A stretch of DNA of 64,000 bases, from contig JAJBTC010000022.1 in assembly GCA_020861095.1 (NCBI GenBank), positions 68,854 to 132,853 on the forward strand. Direction: 5' to 3'. How positions within the stretch are numbered: the stretch's first letter is position 1; every line of letters starts with the position of its first letter. Both the position numbers and the translations under genes were made by a program. This stretch comes from Bacteroides sp. (lineage in GTDB: Bacteria; Bacteroidota; Bacteroidia; Bacteroidales; Bacteroidaceae). This document shows positions 57,546-64,000 of this stretch, in pieces. The notes beneath the pieces are model-generated. The model was not told the origin of the DNA. It saw only the letters and a list, made by a program, of their open reading frames with translations, and did no database searches.

Positions 57546-57553
57546 CAAATATA
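57546..57553 (-). promoter_or_regulatory. Candidate -7 promoter box (TAtaTTTG on the minus strand) upstream of rbr
   Basis: Matches TAnnTTTG but is 127 nt from the start codon, so support is weak. Confidence 0.3.
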
Positions 57554-57659
57554 AAAAAACAGTTACGAAAAAGACCCTTGTTTTTCATAAATAAAATCTA
57601 TCCGGCAATTGACGAAACTTAAACAGGCCCTTACATACTGACGATTAAAGGAAATTATG

Positions 57660-57667
57660 TATTTTTG
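57660..57667 (+). promoter_or_regulatory. Candidate -7 promoter box (TAttTTTG) upstream of the SulP gene
   Basis: Matches TAnnTTTG and lies 65 nt upstream of the ATG at 57733. Confidence 0.35.
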
Positions 57668-57732
57668 CACCACTTTTCTTTTTGACAACAAACACTTGTT
57701 AAAAACATACCTTCACGGGTAGTACACAGGAT

Positions 57733-59425
57733 ATGAAAAAGATCGAGTTCAGACCGAAATTATTTTCTACACTAAAGACCTACAATCGGGAGACGTTTAT
57801 GGCCGACCTGATGGCAGGTATCATTGTGGGTATTGTGGCATTGCCTCTGGCCATTGCTTTTGGTATTGCTTCGGGAGTGACACCTGAAAAAGGGATCATC
57901 ACCGCTATCATTGCCGGCTTCCTCATCTCTTTACTGGGAGGAAGCCGTGTACAGATCGGAGGTCCTACAGGGGCATTTATTGTGATTGTCTACGGGATTG
58001 TGCAGGAGTATGGTGAACCGGGACTGATCGTCGCAACTCTGATGGTCGGTGTGATGCTGGTCTTACTGGGAATATGTCGCCTGGGAGCGGTAATCAAATT
58101 CATTCCCTACCCGATCATTGTCGGATTTACCAGCGGGATCGCTGTGACGATCTTCACCACTCAGATCCCGGACCTGCTGGGACTGAACTTCGGAGAGGAA
58201 AAGGTACCGGGAGAATTTATAGAGAAGTGGATGTTGTATTCCGGGCATCTGCATACGATCAACTGGTGGAATACCCTGACAGCGCTGATCAGCATTGCTA
58301 TCATTGTATATACTCCCCGGTTCCTGAAGAAAATCCCCGGATCGCTGGTAGCTATTGTCTTAGTGACAGTCGGAGTGTATATGCTGAAAACTTTCGCAGG
58401 AATTGATTCGATCGATACCATCGGAGACCGGTTCACCATACAGGCCCAATTGCCGGATGCTTCCCTGCCTGCTATCAACTGGGAAGCCATCAACCGGCTG
58501 TTCCCGGTAGCCATCACGATCGCTTTGCTGGGAGCTATCGAATCGTTGCTTTCGGCCACGGTTGCGGATGGGGTAACGGGAGACCGGCACGACTCCAATA
58601 CGGAACTGATCGCTCAGGGAATAGCCAATGTAGTCACTCCTCTGTTTGGAGGTATACCGGCTACGGGAGCCATTGCACGCACCATGACCAATATCAACAA
58701 CGGAGGCCGTACACCGGTAGCGGGGATCATTCATGCCATTGTACTGCTGCTGATCCTTTTGCTGCTGATGCCCCTGGCACAGTACATACCTATGGCTTGT
58801 CTGGCAGGGGTATTGGTAATTGTCTCGTATAACATGAGCGAATGGCGTACGTTCAGGACCCTGCTTAAAAACCCGAAATCGGATGTAGTGGTGTTGCTGA
58901 CTACTTTCTTCCTGACAGTGATCTTCGACCTGACCATCGCTATTGAGATCGGCATTGTGATCGCTTGTATTCTCTTTATGAAACGCATCATGGAAACGAC
59001 GGAGATCTCGGTAATACGCAACGAGATCGATCCGAACAAAGAATCTGACATGCAGAGCCACGAGGAACATCTGATCATTCCGGACCAGGTGGAAGTATAT
59101 GAGATCAATGGCCCTTATTTCTTTGGTATCGCCAATAAGTTTGAAGAACAGATGATACGGATGGGCAACCGCTCCCGGATACGCATCATCCGGATGCGGA
59201 AAGTACCGTTTATCGATTCGACAGGTATACACAATCTCACCAATCTGTGTAAACGATCCAAAAAAAGAGAAGACTACCATAGTCTTATCGGGAGTAAACA
59301 AGAATGTATATCAGGTATTGGAGAACAGCGGGTTCTGTGAAATCGTAGGAAAGGAAAATATCTGCCCGCATATCAACGCGGCATTGGAACGGGCAAATAC
59401 AATTCTCAAGGAAGAAAACAGATGA
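57733..59425 (+). pseudogene. SulP-family anion permease with a frameshift in the C-terminal STAS domain
   Basis: Polytopic SulP core. At the A7 run 59260-59266 the annotated frame becomes ..KRSKKREDYHSLIG..*. With A6 it would read ..KRSKKEKTTIVLSGVNKNVYQVLENSGFCEIVGKENICPHINAALERANTILKEENR and stop at 59423-59425. Confidence 0.88.
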
Positions 59426-59549
59426 ATTTACGATGGAACGATTTACGAAGTACAATTGATATCAGATAGGATTATCAGCAAAAGATATAACTTTTATATA
59501 TTATACCATGTAACTTCAATCGTACATTGTAAATCGTTAAATCGTAAAT
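59425..59549. repeat. J-type inverted-repeat element, second locus (imperfect arms)
   Basis: aatttacgatggaacgatttacgaagtacaattga (59425-59459) pairs with tcaatcgtacattgtaaatcgttaaatcgtaaat (59516-59549). It fills the gap between the convergent SulP and flavin reductase genes. Confidence 0.7.
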
Positions 59550-59561
59550 AGCGAAGCGTCT

Positions 59562-60071
59562 TCACTTGCTCCACACATTCACAATCTCCGCCACATACAT
59601 CTTGTGCAGATTATCACCATGTGCCTGGTTGTACCAACGCTGGTAAAGTTCGGGCTGAAGAAAATCATCTTTTTCCAGAAATTGTTTGTAGAGAATACGG
59701 CATTCTAGCTGCAAACGTCCCTGTTCGAAGATCACATTCCCGTTCTCTGTGGCTATGGGTTTCAGACCTGTTTCGGCCACTTTATCCGTATCTCTTCCCG
59801 ATTTGGAGCCACAGACTTTACGGATGGCTTTGTTTTCTTCACCCAGGAAAGAGAGTGTCAGGTACTCATTCTTTTCGGTAAATTCATAAGTATATCGTTC
59901 GGGACGGATAAATACGAATACAACCGGTTTGTTCCAGATATATCCTACTCCGCCCCAATTGGCAGTCATGGTATTGAAGGATCCGGTAGTACCGGCAGTA
60001 ACCAACATCCACTCTTTGCCGATGGACTCAATGAAATTGTCTGTTAATTCCTGAATAGCTATTTGTTTCAT
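59562..60071 (-). CDS. Flavin reductase-like (split-barrel FMN-binding) protein
   Basis: 169 aa. The segment NTMTANWGGVGYIWNKPVVFVFIRPERYT is typical of this family. Confidence 0.85.
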   Translation of the reverse strand: MKQIAIQELTDNFIESIGKEWMLVTAGTTGSFNTMTANWGGVGYIWNKPVVFVFIRPERYTYEFTEKNEYLTLSFLGEENKAIRKVCGSKSGRDTDKVAETGLKPIATENGNVIFEQGRLQLECRILYKQFLEKDDFLQPELYQRWYNQAHGDNLHKMYVAEIVNVWSK

Positions 60072-60119
60072 GATCGTATATAAGTTTATTAATATATAGA
60101 TGTAAGCATTTTATTTTAT

Positions 60120-60893
60120 TCAATAAGACACAGAGATGGAGATCCCGGCCGCATCTACCTGATCACGGATCCGGTTGAGTTCTTCGGAAGTGGCTTTTTT
60201 GAGTCCGCTCACCGGAGTTTCCCGGTCAATGGTATAGATCATCACCTGCTCCGGAGCCATCTCTTTCACCGCCTCCAACCAGGGAAGAACATACCGGTCT
60301 GTAGTATTGTTTACGTCTTCTCCCCGGAATTCTCCCTTGAGAAACATGGTTTGTATCATGCATTTTCCTTCGAATGCCTTTATGCGTTCAATGACTTTCC
60401 GTACATCGTAGCCTGCGGTCGGACGATCGACACAGCGAATGTAGTCCCTATCTACCGTATCTAATTTCAGGATATTGTTATCAATCCGCTTCAGCGCTTG
60501 AAATACTTCGGGACGATCCAGGAAAGAGGCATTGCTGAGAACACTGACTTTCGCCTGAGGAAAATAACGATCACGCAAGACTAAGGTATCCTCTATAATA
60601 TCCGGAAACTGCGGATGGGCGGTAGGTTCTCCGTTACCGGCAAAGGTGATCACATCGGGAGCAGGTCCTTCGGCCTGCATCTGCTGCAACCTGACTTCCA
60701 ATGCCTGTCGAACCTCTTCGCGCGAAGGCATATGCAGTCGCGAACGATTGTCACCGTTGAGACCACATTCGCAATAGATACAATCGAAAGAACAAACTTT
60801 TCCGTCGGGAGGCAATAGGTTTATTCCCAGGGATACTCCCAACCGACGGGAATGTACGGGACCGAAAACGGGTGCCGGAAATAAAATAGACAT
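60120..60893 (-). CDS. Radical SAM protein
   Basis: Motifs GPVHSRRLGVSLGINL and CSFDCIYCECG (CxxxCxxC). The start was chosen at MSILFPAP. The ORF is open to 61016. Confidence 0.85.
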   Translation of the reverse strand: MSILFPAPVFGPVHSRRLGVSLGINLLPPDGKVCSFDCIYCECGLNGDNRSRLHMPSREEVRQALEVRLQQMQAEGPAPDVITFAGNGEPTAHPQFPDIIEDTLVLRDRYFPQAKVSVLSNASFLDRPEVFQALKRIDNNILKLDTVDRDYIRCVDRPTAGYDVRKVIERIKAFEGKCMIQTMFLKGEFRGEDVNNTTDRYVLPWLEAVKEMAPEQVMIYTIDRETPVSGLKKATSEELNRIRDQVDAAGISISVSY

Positions 60894-61044
60894 ATCTGAA
60901 TGTAAATTGAATGTACAAAGATAAGAATATTTACAGGGAAAAGGTTCATTGCTCTTTGTTTGCTCTGAAAATTGCATTAAAGTTTTGTTGTTACTATAGG
61001 AGTAGAGATTCATCATTCATTGTATGTATACTACTCCGGTATGA

Positions 61045-61655
61045 TGTAGAGACGCACGGCGTGCAGTAGTGTCCGGAAAAATAATTTAAGATTTACGGAA
61101 CTATCCAACTGTCACTCATCCACTCTGAAAGCCCGGAGAGCTTTACTGTGACTAACTTTCTCTGAAAGCCTGAAGTGACTTTACGGTACATAACTCTCTC
61201 TGAAAGCCCGAAGTGGCTTTACTGTGCATAACCCCCAGTGAAGCGAAGCATAGCGGAGCGACTGGGGGTAGGGATCTGTCCTGTGTCTTCAACCCCCAAG
61301 TGGGTTGAATGATTCTATCCTGAATAAAACGAGGTGAAATCGTGTTCATGCTACGTAGAATGGAGTTTTTGTATATTCAACCCACTTCGGGGTTGAAGAG
61401 AGGTGTATGCGTGACTACCCCCAGTCGCTTCGTTACGGGCAAGGCCCTTCACTGCGCTTCACTGGGGATTATTCACAGTAAACCCTCCGGGTTTTCAGAG
61501 GAAATCAGAGTACATGAGTGTCATTTGGATAGCTTCCGGAAAAGTAACAGCTTGAAATCTTCCGAGTAAAAAAATGGATATAAATAATTGAAATAAAACT
61601 TGTTATATCAAATGTTAACGATTTATTCCGGACACAAGTGCACGCCGTGCATCTC
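61045..61655 (-). repeat. Large mosaic palindromic element, copy 3 (about 611 bp), inverted relative to copies 1 and 2
   Basis: The ends tgtagagacgcacggcgtgcagtagtgtccgg and ccggacacaagtgcacgccgtgcatctc match as IRs at 25 of 28 positions. The reverse complement aligns with copies 1 and 2 through the core and the 5' region. Confidence 0.85.
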
Positions 61656-61717
61656 GGCATACCGAATGGAAATACATATATCCTGCTGAATACTTTTGTA
61701 TTGGATGTTATATCACG

Positions 61718-61789
61718 GAGACGCACACTCCTGGGTTGGACCTGCACCGCGGAGACGCAAATATGGAGACGCAAATATGCGTCTCTACA
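61718..61789. repeat. Cluster of H half-sites ending in a complete H palindrome
   Basis: ggagacgcaca (61718), ggagacgcaaatat (61751) and ggagacgcaaatatgcgtctctaca (61765-61789). The spacer 61656-61717 resembles the spacer of the 25074 element (ccgaatgg..aatggaaata). Confidence 0.7.
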
Positions 61790-62045
61790 GGTAATTCCTT
61801 TCTCTGTAGACCACGTAAGATATATCCATGTTGTGGATACGCTTATAGATATAGTAGTATACTGCGTCTTTACGGAGTGACAGAGTAGTATATAGACACA
61901 TAATGATGAAGACTTACTCACAAATACAAGATTCAACAAATATACTTAACTCTATCAGACATACATATATCTTATATGGAAGTTGTGTCGCATAGGATTT
62001 ATATATGGATGATACTGCCAGACCTATAGACATATCACACATAAA

Positions 62046-64000
62046 TTACCACGAAAGCCGCATCAGCAGTTGCAGATCGCTTTTTACCGATCCGTTGATC
62101 TGATCGTTGCCCGACCCGATCACATCCCGGTCCGCATACCGGGTCTGTCCCCATTTGGCCATCATCATGCCCCATTTCCGGAAGTCCCAACGCAGATGTA
62201 TACCCCATCGCCACCCTCTGCCTGAGAACGAGGGAGTATAGAATGTATAAAGCAGATTCTTTTCTGAGATATATACCCGACTGTCGTGGTCATCGGTATG
62301 GAAATAACTTCCCTGTACTTCCCATTTGATTGCGGAACCCGGAAGTTCTCCCCGTACCATCTGAGTGAACTGGTATCCCTTAGCCACCTCTTCTCCCTGC
62401 GAATGGAACCGGTTGTAGTCTGCTGTTGTACGGAATCCCAGAAACGACAGTAGCTGATAGTTCCATCGGCATCGCCACCGGTGATGGTGTGTAGGCAGGA
62501 TCACCTCTCCTTTCGTCCCGGTAACGTCTCTTTCTTTGCGTTTGTACCGGTAATTGACATACATAGATATCTTTCGGGTAGGTTCCCAGGTCAGACGTGT
62601 CCACAGATCCATTCCTTGTGAGGGTTTACTGATGCGGTACTTCCACCAGGGAAAGGAGAAAAGATCCGCAGAGGCAAACCAGCGTATGCCCCGCCAGGGA
62701 GAGAGTTCGGTAGCTATGTACCAACCGTTTTCATTCTGCACCTGACTGCCTTCGGCAAACGACCGGGAAAACCAGGCCCAATAGTCATGGGCATAATAGC
62801 GATGGGTCAGCCGTACACGCAAGGCAGATCCGGAAGTATATTGCAAGTGATGCAGAAAAGCATTTCCCCGTTTTCCCAGAGCCGATTCGCCGGAAAGAAA
62901 AAACCGATGATAACGTACGGCATAGTCAATGCTCGCATTGTAAAATTGCTGCCCAACCATGTTGTAACGGGCATATTCCGGTAACGTATGTATATAGGGC
63001 CGATCGAACCTGTAGAACATTCCGGTAGCTCCGATCCGGTAGTGACTGCCTGTATACCGTAGATTGCCTCCTGCCACTACCAGCTGAGCCGCTCCTTTGC
63101 GTTCGGCCTCTTTTTCGGTCCGGTGCAGTCCGGTCTTTTGTATGGAAGTAAGGGTATCTCCCTGTGTGATGGCATCGAGTGAGCGATGCGAACCAAACGC
63201 TGTCAGCGTCCAGTTTTTCCAATCGATACTGGTAGCTACTCCACGCAAATAATTGTATTCGTCGGTAGAAGAGTGCTTCCGAATACCGGCTGTCCGCAGA
63301 TCGGGTCCGGAGAGGGTGGCACTTTTTCCGGTCAGAAATCCATTTCCCATGATGAGACCTTCTCCAAAGCCGATCCGGTAATTACCCACCGCCAACGTAT
63401 TCAACGGACCGATGTCTTTGAGGAGCAAATAAAAGGAATAATGATCGTATCCCTGTTTGTTGTGCAGGGCAAACATCGGTTCTCCGGCATCTTTCTCCGC
63501 TGTCATTCCCACGTGAAGGCGGTCTTTGTAGCGAAATTCATAACGCAGGGAATGGTAACAGGGAGTACCGAGGTAATTTTTCTCATATCCTTTGCGCCGG
63601 TAAAAAGGAATATCCAGACGTGTGATCAGCTGATGCTTGCCGTAACGAAAAATTTGCTTTGCGGAAGGAAATCTGTCTTCCGGTACCACAGGGCGAAGGG
63701 TGACAAAAGGAAGTAAATGTTCCACAGTCTGTACATCCATCTCTTCGATCAGTTGCAACTCATACAGGGTCTGCATCGGACCGTTTATGTACACATAGGC
63801 CAGTATGTTCTCTACCTGCAACGGAGTAAGAAAAGGCAGCGACTCCAACTGATCCCGCGTAGCCCCGTTGAGGTCAATGGGCTCTTCCCGGAGAAAAGCC
63901 AGTTCTTCGATCAGACTTTCCAGATCGATACCCCCTTCCTCCTGATCGGCCAGATCTTCGATCCATTCTTCCCAACGGGCTTCGGGAGACTGCGCATTCA
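62046..64000 (-). CDS. Helix-hairpin-helix (ComEA-like) domain protein with a large C-terminal domain; 5' end lies outside the window
   Basis: The reading frame stays open past the listed start to the window edge (..IDLNGATRDQLESLPFLTPLQVENILAYV..). The C-terminal roughly 500 aa is rich in aromatic residues and Gly, which looks beta-barrel-like. Confidence 0.75.
   Translation of the reverse strand, partial: NAQSPEARWEEWIEDLADQEEGGIDLESLIEELAFLREEPIDLNGATRDQLESLPFLTPLQVENILAYVYINGPMQTLYELQLIEEMDVQTVEHLLPFVTLRPVVPEDRFPSAKQIFRYGKHQLITRLDIPFYRRKGYEKNYLGTPCYHSLRYEFRYKDRLHVGMTAEKDAGEPMFALHNKQGYDHYSFYLLLKDIGPLNTLAVGNYRIGFGEGLIMGNGFLTGKSATLSGPDLRTAGIRKHSSTDEYNYLRGVATSIDWKNWTLTAFGSHRSLDAITQGDTLTSIQKTGLHRTEKEAERKGAAQLVVAGGNLRYTGSHYRIGATGMFYRFDRPYIHTLPEYARYNMVGQQFYNASIDYAVRYHRFFLSGESALGKRGNAFLHHLQYTSGSALRVRLTHRYYAHDYWAWFSRSFAEGSQVQNENGWYIATELSPWRGIRWFASADLFSFPWWKYRISKPSQGMDLWTRLTWEPTRKISMYVNYRYKRKERDVTGTKGEVILPTHHHRWRCRWNYQLLSFLGFRTTADYNRFHSQGEEVAKGYQFTQMVRGELPGSAIKWEVQGSYFHTDDHDSRVYISEKNLLYTFYTPSFSGRGWRWGIHLRWDFRKWGMMMAKWGQTRYADRDVIGSGNDQINGSVKSDLQLLMRLSW

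Noticed and set aside
61152-61569. Two ORFs (65 and 75 aa) inside mosaic element copy 3, which might suggest the element encodes small proteins.
   Set aside because: Copies 1 and 2 align with this region but have no ORF of 60 aa or more. The frames are broken by the indels that distinguish the copies, so there is no conserved coding potential.

Overview
This window looks like a Bacteroidales-type chromosome segment, judged from SusC/SusD pairs, an HTCS regulator and TAnnTTTG promoter boxes. The coding content is mostly ordinary. It holds one IS3-family insertion sequence and a small membrane-protein/ABC-ATPase pair. Housekeeping genes are metK, a folK-queA-truB-uppP-DUF3098-ftsX-methyltransferase block, miaB, a CoA-transferase, dacB, lpdA, nadB, rubrerythrin, a SulP permease, a flavin reductase and a radical-SAM gene.

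There are three polysaccharide utilization loci (PULs):
- PUL A (5665-10503) is a bare susC/susD pair.
- PUL B (12609-30749, minus strand) carries HTCS, GH88, GH2, two alginate-lyase-fold lyases, susC, susD and two IPT/TIG lipoproteins.
- PUL C (46393-56568, minus strand) carries susC, susD, a lipoprotein, BACON-GH5 and a sulfatase.

The unusual content is non-coding. A modular family of palindromic repeats occupies many of the larger intergenic gaps. Its modules are called H, J, G, S, P and N here. The family includes three ORF-free mosaic elements of about 610-730 bp (11153-11882, 40251-40868, 61045-61655), a three-unit tandem array, two small H-spacer-H elements inside PUL B, and two J-type inverted-repeat elements that exactly fill convergent-gene gaps. 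The IS3 element sits in the loop of one H palindrome.

At least six genes carry nonsense or frameshift lesions, including two susC genes, one susD, SulP and the ABC ATPase. This is either real decay or assembly error. I found no tRNA, rRNA, CRISPR array or recognisable defence system. All homology calls rest on motif recognition by eye; no searches were run.
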